From NCBI GenBank assembly GCA_028534125.1, contig CM052817.1:9488001-9552000 (forward strand): DNA of 64,000 bases. Reading direction: 5' to 3'. This DNA comes from Lama glama. Its lineage: Eukaryota. A program made the position numbers and the translations under genes. Under the pieces are notes generated by a model, which had not been told where the DNA came from, did not search any database, and worked only from the letters and a program-made list of their open reading frames with translations. Each line of letters starts with the position of its first letter. Position 1 is the stretch's first letter. This document shows positions 1-12,239 of the stretch, piece by piece.

Positions 1-569
1 AATGACAGAAGAACTTCTCCAAATCCTACTCTGGGGTTTTTAGAGTATGTAGAAAACCACCGTGGAAAAGAGATGCTTTCTAGGCAAGCGTAATTCTGCT
101 GCACCAGTGAGGAAGCACATGGGACATGGATGATAAAAGAAAATACCCAGAATGCTTATCTCACTGACACAGCTGCGTTTGGTTTGAGGTATGGGAGGCA
201 ACTACACGGTCTCTGTACAGACAGTAGATGGGTGAAGAATGTCTCCTTGTCAAAAATTACATCTGTTGATTGTCAGTGAAAACCAAAGCTGGAGTTAATT
301 TGGAAATCTAATATATGGTCACCTGGAGCTTTATCTCTTCCAAAATGTAAATTCACACTAGTGTAGAACGGGGTTTCCAGCTTGCTGGACACACTTACGT
401 ATCTGATCTCTTTTCACAAAACGTCCAGTGAAACAGGAATTTTGGACACAACAAGCAGGTGTTTGGCACCATATGTAACTTCATACATAGGGTGAGTCAC
501 AACCTAGTGTCTTTTGAAGGCATTTGTTAGCTAACAAAGGGTAGCTCTCAAGAGATTTTTTTTTTCAGG

Positions 570-720
570 CAGTGTAAACAGTCAAAACTGTATTTGTGTA
601 CCTTAGAATCAAACAGACCTGGATTTGATTCCAGGTCTGCTGTCTAATAAATGTGCATCTCTGGGCACACTGCTTATCACCACTGAGTATTTTCCCTCAT
701 CTGTAAAATGGAAATAATGC
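570..720 (+). mobile_element. MIR SINE fragment
   Basis: tRNA-like B-box region (AGACCTGGATTTGATTCCAGGTCTG) followed by the MIR core CCTCATCTGTAAAATGGAAATAAT. Confidence 0.8.
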
Positions 721-864
721 TTAAGTTGAACCAAGTGAACTTTGAAGCCAAGAGAAGTCAAATGTCAAATGTTGGCGACTTCATATCGTTCCGCCTACAC
801 CTGATTCGCAGGACCGAGTCTCGGAGACTAAGTCCACGTGTGTCTACCAGTCAGAACTCTACTA

Positions 865-1400
865 TTGCACATGAGACACACCCAACTCAAACTAGCTTTA
901 GAAAAAGGGAATATCTATCAAATCACCACAATGTACACTTCAAATATCTTTCAATTTTATTTGTCAGTTATACCTCAATAAAGCTGAAACTTAAAAAAAA
1001 TGGGGAGAATGCACTAGCTCACGCAATTGGGCGATTTAGGAATGGTGTTAGCTTCGTGTTAACAAGATCCAGGGGCTCAAATGCTGCCCTGTATCCTCTC
1101 CTTCTCTGCTGCCCCGCTTCCTTCTGTGTCTGCTGACTTTGTCATATGTGCTGGACGGGATGACCAGCGATAATCTAGTCTTCACTAGAAGCAAAAGGGA
1201 CTGCTCTCTCCCACAGGCCATCTCTCTTGCATTACACGCTCAGCCCTCAGCCAGTCACTGTTTGCATTGTGTCATGTGGTCTTTTACTAGGCTTGGTCCA
1301 GCCTGGTTGACTTTCTCACCTCCAGGGAGATGCCAGGAGCAAAGGTAACTGTACATGACAGCCCGGTTAGAACCACAGAAGACAGGGGAGCAGTGCTCAG
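865..1400 (-). mobile_element. Old MaLR LTR (MLT1J/K-like), interrupted by an L1 tail
   Basis: Motifs CCCAACTCAAACTAGCTT and GATCCAGGGGCTCAAA are typical of old MLT1 LTRs; boundaries approximate. Confidence 0.5.
912..1000 (+). mobile_element. Very short LINE-1 3' terminus with polyA signal and A tail
   Basis: ATGTACACTTCAAAT...TTTTATTTGTCAGTTATACCTCAATAAAGCTG followed by an A run, the typical L1M 3' end. Confidence 0.75.
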
Positions 1401-1532
1401 AGAATACTGGGGTGCTGGGAAGGCAGAAAAAAATGTCCACTGCAGTACGTACAACACTTAGCACAGATCCTGACACACAGAATATGTGCTAAAACTAGCT
1501 GGAGACATTTCTGCACTACACTCAAATGGCAT

Positions 1533-1730
1533 AGGATAAAGTGACCAACTTTTCTCAATTTGCCCAGGACTTTCTTGGTGTTAGCACGGTAAGTCTCATG
1601 CCCTGGAAAACTCCTCAGTCCCAGGCAGACCATCTTGGTTTATCTGGACCATCTATATTTTAAAACTGCAGGTCCCATATCTGGGGAATCCCCACAGTCC
1701 CAGGCAAACCAGGATAACTGGTCTCCCAGC
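1533..1730. mobile_element. hAT-Blackjack MITE (MER94/MER81-like)
   Basis: Ends resemble (TAGG)GTGACCAACT...AACTGGTC(ACCC); internal TTTGCCCAGGACT and AGTCCCAGGCAAAC form inverted subterminal repeats. Confidence 0.6.
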
Positions 1731-1914
1731 TGAAAGCTGGCACTTGCAAGTATAAGTCGTAGCTGCAACTGAGGTCTTGTTAGGTTAGCTTATTAGTTGC
1801 TGCATCATTAGACGAATGATGCGCTGTGGTACACCAAAAATCATGGAAATGGGAGATAAATAGTCTCCTGGGAAAATGCACAGGCTGTGTCCTTCATTTA
1901 CTTACAAGACCTGA

Positions 1915-2070
1915 CCCTTTGCTTTGCCTTCCCCCTCTGCTCTCTGTTTTTCTTTCAGTGCTTTTCTTTCTCCCTTTTCCTCTGTCTTTTCTTTTTTTCC
2001 TTGCTTCCTATCTTCCTTCTGATCGCCCTTCCTTCTCTCTCTTATTTTCTTCTTTTCCTTTTACTTTCTT
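1915..2070. repeat. Pyrimidine-rich (CT/TTC) low-complexity tract
   Basis: Almost all C and T for ~150 bp. Confidence 0.85.
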
Positions 2071-3044
2071 ACTTGGCAACATATGTACGTTTCAAATAAC
2101 ATGTGATTTAGATTTTGTTTGTGATCTTCAAAGGAGCTGTTATGTGTTGTTTGACTGAAACAAGCCAGCTTCAGTAAATACATTTATTCTGAATAATCTA
2201 CCAAGTAAGTAGAAACTTCACTGTTGATTAAGGCAAAAAATGTATGCACAATTACTGTGGGCATGGTCACGAGGCTGAGCGTGAAAAGTGAAAAAACTGG
2301 GGGGAAAAAAACAAGCAAAAAAGATAGTGATAGTTGTGAAATGAGGAGATTGGAGGTTGGAAGGGCTAGAGATTGAATTCTTTCAAGGGACATTTTGGTT
2401 TCACTGTTTGCACAGGGGCTGCCTCTACTACTGATGGAAATTGCTGGGATTTGGGAACTCTTTCTTCTTTTAAATCAATATTATCATTAATTAAGCAATG
2501 TAAACCAGGATATCCTTCTTGGTTACAAACTATGCTTTGAAGCCAGGCCTGCATCTGAATGTCTTCAATCAAAATCTTAAAATAAAATGAGAAAGAAAGC
2601 GATTCCTAGTCTTTGAAGAAGAGCTATCTTTGAGAAGAACGGAGCCTTCTGAACTAAACTCTGGAGAGGGATGAGAACTTTGTTGCCTTTATCACAGTGC
2701 TGAAGTTCTGAAGAATCAACCTTTGGAGGCAAATCCAAACGCTCCCTCCCTCGTGACAAGGGTTCCATCCACAAGTCCGGGTCATAGACTTGGAACTTCC
2801 ATTACATTTGAGTTTTCCAAATATCAGCGTTCACAATTTTTGTCATTACATACTATCACTTGTGCCATTCATTTACCTAATAGTTTCCTACAAGTGTACT
2901 TATTAAGTTAGGCTAAGATGAGACAGCCAATGAGGTTCGTTAGGGCTCATGCAGAGCACTGTCCAGAAACCCAGGCTGCCTCCCGGACCCTGATGTGTTT
3001 TAAACCTTTCTGGGAAGGAAAGTATTGTTACCCGCAAGCAAAGC

Positions 3045-3240
3045 GGTACACTGTGGTGCTATTGAAAAGGCTTGGAGCCTCACCACCTAGTTCTTATCTT
3101 GGTTCTACTTTTTGGTAGCCTTGAGATTTTGGAAAAGTGACTTCAATTTTCTATCTGCGTGATTGTGAGGATTAATTAAGATGATGCCTAGAAATAATTG
3201 ATGAACAGTGCTGGCACTTAGCAGATGTTAGTCAGGATTT
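3045..3240 (+). mobile_element. MIR SINE
   Basis: GATTGTGAGGATTAATTAAGATGATG...ACAGTGCTGGCACTTAG matches the MIR 3' region. Confidence 0.65.
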
Positions 3241-4394
3241 CTTCTTAGTCCATTAGTAGAGAGAACAAAGGTTTGCATGGTCCCGTAGGGAAGATCGCTT
3301 ACTTATTCTGGGAAAGCCAACCAAATGGGAAATGTAATGCAAAGAGCGTGTTCTGCAATGTGTGGTTTCAAGTCATTACAATGCCTTAGGGGAAATTTTT
3401 TTTTTTAATTAACTAGAAGCCAGGGGCATCTCTGCACACTAGGGCACTTCAGGAGGAAATGTGTCTAGTCCCGTAGGAACAATGGGTGTGTCATCGTGTT
3501 TTCTGAACTGACTTCCCCCAGACCAGATGTGTATCACCTGTAGTTACTGAGTCAGAGGTAAGAACCAGAAGGGGGAAAAATATGTTTTACCAAAATTTTG
3601 TGAGTCCTTTGTACAAGTTGAGCTGATTATGGGCCCAATGAGAAAACAGCCAAGACTTAGGGGGAGGCTGGTCCCCCCTTTCTCTGTGGAGAAGGCAGCA
3701 TCATTTTGCTATCACAAGAATTTCTGATAATTTTTTAAACATTCTATTCGCTATCTGATTATTTGAGAATGTAGTAAAGCTATTTTTACTGTTTTTATTT
3801 TTTTTTCTGGCAACCATATTGAAGGTACATTATTTCTAATAGCCTTTTTAAAGTGCTTGCACTGTTTAGGTGTACAATTGTATTATCTGTTGTACATGTT
3901 TGCTTCCTCCAATCCAATTTCTATATCCCTTATTTTTTGTTTCCTGTCTCATCACATGTAAATTATTTTACCATAATTTATGTACGATTAAAATAGTATT
4001 GCATTTTTGATCCACTATGATACGGATGACTTTGAGAATGTAGCAATGACAAGCCCAAGAAATAGCTAAAAATCTGTTGCAATAAATTATAGGTAGGTAG
4101 AGAGACAGTGCCCTGGCAAAGACAATGGGTAAAAAAGCAGTTGGAAGAAATTACCAATGAGCAATATTTTAATTGAATAAATGAATGAACGTAATGGACT
4201 GTAAGAAACAAAACTTGACCACAAGTCTTTAAATATGAGATGACACCAGGAAATGATCAGTCATACCAATCAGGATTCAGTTAGGAAAAAATCACTCTAG
4301 GTAGGGATTTTAAGATGGGAAATCAAAACCTTAAGCAAACACTGAAAGAACTATGCAGAATCTACACGTAGGATTAAATTGTATCGACCTACAC

Positions 4395-4685
4395 AACACA
4401 CAAAAGAATCCATGCAAAAACTGCTAAAATCTGAGTAAGTTCTGTATTTAGTTAATACTATTTCTCTGATGCCAGTTTCTAGTTTTGATATCCTATTACA
4501 GTGAGGGAGGCTAGTTTTTATTTGGTTTTATGGAATTTTTTGCAGCTTCCTGTGAATTATAATTGTATATAATGTTACATTAATTATCGATAACTAATAG
4601 TATTGATGATCATATATGTTAGTGTATTACATATACTAATTAACTCACCTAAAATCATTTCCAAATAAAACACTTTTTTAAAAAG
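4395..4685 (+). mobile_element. Old LINE-1 (L1MC/L1MD-like) 3' end
   Basis: AAAATCTGAGTAAGTTCTGTA...TTTTTGCAGCTTCCTGTGAATT...TTTCCAAATAAAA. Confidence 0.55.
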
Positions 4686-5428
4686 AGGGCTATGGAACCA
4701 ACAATTGGAGAAAAACCATGCTGTTTTGCGGGAAACCCAGAAGTGCAGGATTGCTAGGAAGCCACACTAGTGTGTGACTCCAGGAGCTCACTCCGAAGCT
4801 CCTGTAAACCTTGCATTGGTTGACTGTCCTCACTCTGCCTGCAACTGCCACCAAAGAATGTCCTCAGTCCTTTCTGCCCTCCACATCCCTGTGAACACCC
4901 TGGTTGGCTGGCTGGGATCCAGGACCCTGACTGCAAGGGATTCTGAGAAACATCGTTCCAGGCTTCCACTCCTTGGGCTGTGAGAGAGGGAGTACAAAGG
5001 TCCAGGGTTGGATGATATTGAGCTGAAAAAATCTCCCAGCTCACTGATACTGAACAGATACTGTTAATTTATAATCTAGCTTTTGAAAAGGAGATTAGAA
5101 AAAGGAAATTAGACAAAACTGGCAATTTATAAATAGAAGAAATTCATAAATAACTCAACTTCCAAGAATAATTCCTTGGTATCTCTTCAAAACTATTTTC
5201 ATCCAAAAGGAAATTTTAATAGGATTTTTCCGATTGATAAACAATTCCACATGAACTGTCTCACTGGCCCACCAAACAATGCTGAGAAACGGATAATAAT
5301 GAAAACATAGAATACTCACTTCTCACTTTTATTTATATCATCACATTTCCTTGCAACTCACCAACAGAAGACTGCTCCTTGTAGTTCTCCAGAGCAGAAA
5401 CACTGTCTTCAGATCTTCACACATGTGG

Positions 5429-5945
5429 TTTCTTTTTCTTTTTTTTTTATTGAAATATAGTCAGTTTACAATTTCAAGTCAATTTCTAGTGTACAGTATA
5501 ATAATTCAGTCATACACATGCATACATATATTCATCTTCATATTCTTTTTCATTATAGGCTATTACAAGGTATCGAACATAGTTCCCTGTGCTGTACAGT
5601 AGGACCTTATTGTTTATCTATTTTATATATAGTAATGTGTATCGAACTTCCAATTTATCCCTTCCTACTCCCTTCCCCCATTGGTAACCATAAGTTTGTT
5701 TTCTCTGTCTGTAAATCTGTTTTTGTTTTGTAAATAAGTTCATTTGTTTTTTGTTTTTGTTTTTTTTAGATTCTACATATAAGTGATATCCTGTGGTATT
5801 TTTCTTTCTTTTTTTTGGCTTACTTCGCTTAGAAAGACAATCTCCAGTCTTATCCATGTTGCTGCAAATGGCATTATTTTATTGTTTTTTATGGCTGAAT
5901 AGTATTCCATTGTATAAATATACCACAACTTTATCCACTGACCAT
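5429..5945 (-). mobile_element. Cetartiodactyl/camelid LINE-1 3' fragment (3' UTR plus ORF2 tail)
   Basis: PolyT followed by TATTGAAATATAGTCAGTTTACAAT; the minus-strand ORF 5773-5961 reads [28 protein letters not shown], the L1 ORF2 C-terminus. Confidence 0.93.
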
Positions 5946-5989
5946 TTACTTTTGATGTCACTAGTCATTTGTTTAACTTCATGATTTAT

Positions 5990-6532
5990 TGATTGATTTA
6001 TTTATTTATTAAGGTAAAGTCAGTTACAGTGTGTCAATTTCTGAGCATAATGTCCCAGTTATACATACACATACATATATTTTCATTTTCTTTTTCATTA
6101 TAGGTTACTGTAAGATATTGAACATAGCTCCCTGTGCTATACAGAAGAAATTTGGTTTTCTAATCTATTTTTTTATATTGTAGTTAATATTTGCAATTCT
6201 CAAACTCCCAGTTTATCCCTTCTTACCCTCTTTCCCCCCAGTAAACATGGGTTGCTTATCATGTCTGTGAATCTCTTTCTGTTTTATAGATAAGTTCATT
6301 AGTGTCTTTTTTTTTGTTGTTCTTTTTTTTTCTTTAGATTCCACATATGAATGATATCATATGGTATTTTTCTTTCTCTTTCTGGACTACTTCACTTAGA
6401 ATGACAATCTCCAGGTCCATCCATGTTGCTGCAAATGGCATTATTTTATTCTTTTTTATGGCTGAGTAGTATTCCATTGTATAACTATAACACAACTTCT
6501 TTATCCAGTCATCTGTCAGTGGACATTTAGTT
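5990..6532 (-). mobile_element. Second camelid-type LINE-1 3' fragment
   Basis: (TTTA)n tail; the minus-strand ORF 6334-6555 reads [44 protein letters not shown]. Confidence 0.93.
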
Positions 6533-8544
6533 GAGAATGTCTTTCCCTGGTACAAATTCTTCCTGGCAGGTCCTGCACCTCTTCACACCCTGTTCCAAGT
6601 TCTTGCTCCCTCTCTTTCCTGAAAGAGACTGAGTCTGATAGGATATGAACAGGCATCCCCATCATGCAGAGGGCCAGGCTGTGCTGCCCTTACAGGAGTC
6701 CAGGGGTTGACCATCAGGCCAGAACATGTGACCCAAGATCTGTTCCTCGGCAATGACCTCTCCTTACTCCAAGAACCTCATCCTTGATCAGCCAGATCTC
6801 ACACCCCCATGCAAAATAGCAAGAAGAATAGAGTTGGTGGTACACAGAGGACTTAATAAAGGTCCCCATTAGACTGTGCTCTCAGGCATATATTTGCCAA
6901 CCACACGACTGAAAATGAATCTTGTAGCTTTTTCTAGCACTTACTTCCCTTGGTCCACCTTTCCCACTCCTCCCCTCCTCTGCAGGTTCTCGAGTTAGCG
7001 GTCTGTTGGCTGCAGATGCTTTAGTGAGCAAAACAGCTCATGCTATTTCCCCCAGCAAGAAAAACCAGACACCACTCAACCTGAATTTTACACTTTTCAA
7101 GCAAATATCGTCTAGACTCTGTGCTGTTTCCGAAGTCTGGTTCAGGGAGAGAGCCCACAGATAGAGGAGGAGATTTATTTTTGGTTGTGAGGGTCACCAA
7201 CCCTTCTTCCAGGCTCGATGGAACTGTCGGGAGGTGTGTGTAGGCCCCGGCATCTCTGCACCACGTGGCCTGGCGGCTCCCTCTCCCCCCTGCCACCGCT
7301 CGAAGCCTGGGAGGATGCTTTTGAAACGAATCAGGAAATTACTTATCAATCTGAAGCCCCAAAGAGCTCTGAGTGCTCCTCACTGCCAAGGGAAGGGGAT
7401 TTCAAGTGAAATCTCCACATCTGTGTGCAGTAGAGTTCAAAGACGCCAGCTGTTGGAAGGTCTTGCGAGCGATGTAAGTAAAAAGCCCTCCCTCCCGACT
7501 GAAACGAGCCTCTCCAGGCTTTGTTTCTCCCGGAGACGAGTCTTTTGGCTCACGCTGGTGTTACTCTTTCTCTGTTCCGCTGCGAGGTTTGAGGATGTTT
7601 ACTGACCAGGGCTTAGTCAATGAAACATCTCCTCTGGGGGAAGCTTCCCCTCAACAGAAGAGAGAAAGTGAAAGTTGTCAGAATCGGCTTTGCTGGGGTA
7701 GTTTTGAAAACAGCCCTCGACTTGGCAGTTGCGCTCCCTAATGACTAGAGACCTTGGTGTACCCTCGCGGGAGCAAACAGAGGGGACTCCATAGCCTCCT
7801 CACGAGAAACAAAATTGCCATCCAGTCTGCGGTTACATAATTCAAGTTTAAGGTGTGCCTTCACTTTGTAGGATTTTAATAGAGGAGAAAAATACATTAA
7901 CGCTAATATTCTGTGGAGATTTCCTTGTCGCAGCATAAATCTTGTGCTTAATTCATGCTTGGTTAAGGGTGCTGATTTATTTACTGTTTGTTTTATTAAA
8001 CAAATGTGTCCGACATTCCACATGGCTCGGGGAGGCCAGGGAGCAGAGAACACATTCTTTGCGATCTGTGAATGTAAATATCTAGACGGAGTTGGTAAAA
8101 CTATGAGTGTGTATTAATAGTAATTATATGAATGGATTGCATAGTTTCATAAATAATGCATTGTACTAGAGTGTGTCTTTTACGAATATCTTAAATCAGA
8201 CGGTGGTTAAGGGCAGGGAAGCAATTGCTGGAATACAGCTCACGTAAAAGAAATAGTTTTGTTTCAAGTTTGATTTCTACTTGATTCTGTATGAATCAGC
8301 CTTTGTTCTGTGAGACCCTGAAGCTTCCCTGGGAACTCCAGTGTCCTTTTCCAGGGTCCCTCATGAAGAACTCTATGGCTGCAAGGAGCATGCGTGGGGC
8401 AGTGAATCATCAGACGGAGGGGGGGTGTGTTTGGAATGTGACAGGAAATTATTCAAATACTGGGAAACCTTTGCTGAGCATTTACCATGTGTTTGGCCCT
8501 CTACTTCTACTTCCCATGTGTCATGTGGTCTTAGGAGCAGGTGG

Positions 8545-8705
8545 CTCCCTGGTAAAAAGTAGCGACTTTGCAAGCAGAGAACCCGGGGACCTGTCCGTGC
8601 GACCCAGGGTTGGTTACTTAACTCCTCTGTGCTTCGGTTTTCTTTCTGTGAAATAAAGGTGATACAGGTGGGCTTCATGTGAAGCTTGAGAGTTAATGTA
8701 AGTAA
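8545..8705 (+). mobile_element. MIR SINE
   Basis: TTACTTAACTCCTCTGTGCTTCGGTTTTCTTTCTGTGAAATAAAGGTGATA is the MIR core. Confidence 0.65.
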
Positions 8706-8869
8706 AGTATTGTTTTTGTCTCTTATATATGAGAAATTGAGGCTAGCGATAACAAAGTAAGGTGCCCGTGGCCACACGGGGAGGATGGCTGGAGGGCTGA
8801 GTTTGGGAGTAAATGATCAGGCTTTATCATCATGGAGGAAGTCCATTTTCTAACCATCACCTCCTTCCC

Positions 8870-9055
8870 TCATGTGTGCATCCTCTATTCTGCCCTCACA
8901 ATGGCCTTCTGCGTAAGTATTGTCAACCATTGACCATGAGGATTTCAGACGAAGAAATGGAGGCTCAAACACTCACCCAAAGTAACCCACCCAAAGTCCT
9001 ATACTTAGAAATTAGCAGGGCTGGGGGCTAAGCCCAGGGGTTTGAAGTCCTGGGC
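8870..9055 (-). mobile_element. MIR SINE
   Basis: TTTCAGACGAAGAAATGGAGGCTCA...AAGTAACCCACCCAAAGTC is the reverse-complement MIR core. Confidence 0.65.
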
Positions 9056-9745
9056 TCTTGTCATGACCCCATGCTCTGCAACGGGCTGGGCCCACACTGC
9101 CCCCTGCCGGGAAGAGTGAGCTAGGGAAGGGCATGTTTATCACCAAGGAGGCCCTCACTCTGTGCCTGGCCCAGCGCCCCAAATCCAGCAGATCCCTGGG
9201 CCCCTGTGCTAATCATTCTCTAGAAGACTCAGATGCGCATCAGAGTTTGACAGTCGCTCTCCTCAGGGCTTTTTGTAAGCTGGGAAAAGTCAGTGTATGG
9301 TCTTCCCATCTGACCTTCACCTGAAGAAGGTGAAAAGTTCTGTTAAGGACGAGACACTGAGCACTTTGCCCCATTCAGAGCTTTGGATTACTCTGCGGTC
9401 AGAACCATTCTTTCAGAGTTATTTACTGTCTTGTTTATATCAGTGCTTTCCTCATCTTTTGGCACGTGTCACCTTCTGAGCCCTGCGAAAGTTTTCTCAT
9501 CAACCCCTTTGATTGCATCAGGCTTCAATGATCAGCAGATGTGTAGACTTCTTTCCCTTTGAAGGGTTTTTATTATAAGTCAGTACAACTCAGTGGAATT
9601 CATCACCATATTAGAATATCTGTATTCTATAATATAAGAAAGTTACTCAATAAACTTCACACAGAGAAACCAGCAACATGGAGTATTTCCTGTGCTGACT
9701 GTGATCAGATTGATTTCTCTGGAGACCAGGGCAACACAGAGAGGT

Positions 9746-9799
9746 GCCAACAGGGAGATGTCAGCCAACAGGGAGATGTCAGCCAGCAGGGAGATGTCA
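9746..9799. repeat. 18-bp minisatellite, 3 copies (GCCAACAGGGAGATGTCA)
   Basis: Directly visible; the third copy has one A>G change. Confidence 0.95.
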
Positions 9800-10061
9800 A
9801 AACACACACTGGCAACACTAGATGCCTCAAAAAGAGGTCACAGAAGGCGTGGCAGGGCAGGAACCATTGAACATTGGAAATAATTTTTTTGTGGTGGTAA
9901 ATGTCAGGATTTGAAGTGAAATAACCCTGCCTTTGAATTCTGCCTTTACCATTTTCTAACTGCAAGACCCCAAGTATGCCACTTACCTCTCAAGTGTGTG
10001 TAACAGACATAAACAACTCAGCATGGCACCCAACCAACAGGAGTTCCTTTTCTCCCAGCTC

Positions 10062-10330
10062 TGGTCCATTCAATCCACAAATATTTATTGAGCACCTACT
10101 ATGTGCCAGGTATTATTTTCGATATAGCAGTGAAGAGCCAAAGCCTCTGCCTTCACACTTTTAGAGGAGAAAACAAGAGAACCATAAATCAGAATGTCAC
10201 TTGGGAGACTGATGCATGCTCTGAAGAAAATAAAATATGGTCACTAGACAGAGGGACTAGCAGGTGCGGGGATGGGGGTGCCTCATTCGCTAAGGTGATC
10301 AGGGATTGCCTCATCGAGGAAGTGGTAGTC
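10062..10330 (-). mobile_element. LINE-2 3' end
   Basis: CATTCAATCCACAAATATTTATTGAGCACCTACTATGTGCCAGG is the canonical reverse-complement L2 3' terminus. Confidence 0.88.
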
Positions 10331-11484
10331 TGCAGTCCTGACTCATAAGAAAAACACAAAAGCCGTGGTTAAGCCTCTAACCACGTGACACTAGACAAGT
10401 CGCTGAAACTCATTAGACCCCGGTTTCATCACCTGCACTCTGCAGAGCTGGAGTAGATTTACAGGACTTCTGTTGGTCTGTTTTGTCGCTTTCTTTCCCT
10501 GTCTTAGGATCCTATGCCATGAGTAATTGTACAAAAAGAAGGGGAAAAAATCTCTGAACCAAACTATACTGTGGTTATTTCATTCTTTCATTCTACTTTC
10601 TAGGTTTTTGCAACTGGTTTTTCCTCAACAAGATAAATTAGTAGTTCCTAAGTAAATGAAGATTAATTAATGATTCTTTTTTAAAAGCTCAAATCATCAC
10701 GATTCCTAGGGATTGCATTGCTGGAAAAGACAAGAACCACTGTATGGCAGATGTTTAGGGACGAACTGTGTAGCTTTGCAATGACTTCATGTGTGGCTTT
10801 GAGTCTGAAATTGTACATATGTCACTGGAGCCAAGACACGAAGCTGCCAGAAGTTGGCTGATCCAACCCTCTGTTAGCCAGGAGTCATGTGCATGGCTTT
10901 AAAACACAATCCATGGTCTGAAATGTTTCCTCTCTTAAAATGGTGCAGCAGACCTCACTTGGGGCTGAGATAACATCCATCCAAAGTAAGAGTCACGGTG
11001 CAGATAACTCGTACCAGAGAAGCCTTTGTCTTCCAGTGGTTCAAATATTTGTGGCCAGAGTATTTTTGGCTGTAACAACCCAGATAATTGTCTAATCACT
11101 ACATTTTGCCATTACTCCCATGCTATAAACTCCAATTATGAATCTACAATTGAGAATGAGAATTCTGTGTCCCCAGCAACAAAAAATGTACAGGTTAAGG
11201 TTTTTGATTTTCAAATACTGATATTGTGTGCTTAATTTATAAAAACATGATCTCTCCAAATTGCAGACACATTTTTAAAATTGTTTTGAAAACAAGGTCC
11301 AATGCTAGACTCCAGGGATTGAAAAAATAAGAGCAAAGAGGATGATATTTAGGACGCTGGAGTTAATTAACTGGTAATAGAGAGAGCTGTGGGCAATTCA
11401 GTGATGCTCCTAGACACCCTGACATGATTTTAAGCAGTGAGCTGCTGTTCAGTAGGGAGAGTAAGATTTGAGGGGTGGGGGAAC

Positions 11485-11710
11485 TGCTATTGTGCACTTA
11501 CGTTTAAGGCAAATAATACTCCAGCATTGTATGTGCATCAGCTCCTTGCCACAATCCTAGTGCCGTGTGGCTACTACTCCACTTATTTTACAGATGAGAA
11601 ATTGAGGCTCAGGGTTGGTGAACAAGGTGAACAAGGAAGTTCACCAGCGAGGAAGTGGCAGGACCACAATGTGAATCAGGACTGCCTTACTCCACGACCA
11701 ACCAACATTC
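11485..11710 (-). mobile_element. MIR SINE
   Basis: ATTTTACAGATGAGAAATTGAGGCTCAG. Confidence 0.85.
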
Positions 11711-12239
11711 CACTCTACTACTCTGCCTTAGAAAGAGAAAGGACTTTTTTTTTTTCCCATATGCCATACACATTCTAGTTAAGTAAAAAGAGAATTTACT
11801 ACGTGTTTTTGACTGTTAAAACAGCCTCCTGAGGGGAGAGGCTGAGGAATTGTCTCCGCAAGTTTCCTTCTCCTTTTTCCAACCAAAGACCAAGTTTACA
11901 GCCATGCTAGGCAAGATGGCGGTGATGGGTAAATTTCAGCCATCCTGCTCTCTCATTCCTCCTCCGTTCTGATTGCTTTGGTGGAAGAGATGTCCAGACT
12001 TTTTGGAAGAACCACAGTCACTCAGCTCACAGACTTTGCTGGCCATTTTCCCACAACTAGGGAGAGGACTTAACTCTGTTCCAGTTTGTACCCAACCAAA
12101 GGAACACCATTCCAATGAATCTATTATCTAATTTGAGCCTGTACGTCCAATGTTTCAGAACTATAAATCAGGACCAAAATCCCATAAGAAATGGAACACT
12201 ATTAGAAAGTAGGAATGGCTTTTAAAATTCTGGCTATTA

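Noticed and set aside
614..639. 10-bp hairpin CAGACCTGGA...TCCAGGTCTG
   Set aside because: Falls on the tRNA-derived T-arm/B-box region of a MIR, which explains the symmetry
1826..2158. Hydrophobic 110-aa ORF resembling a membrane protein
   Set aside because: Artefact of the CT-rich low-complexity tract (Phe/Leu/Ser codons)
9746..9799. CRISPR-like array
   Set aside because: The units are directly tandem with no unique spacers, and the context is mammalian
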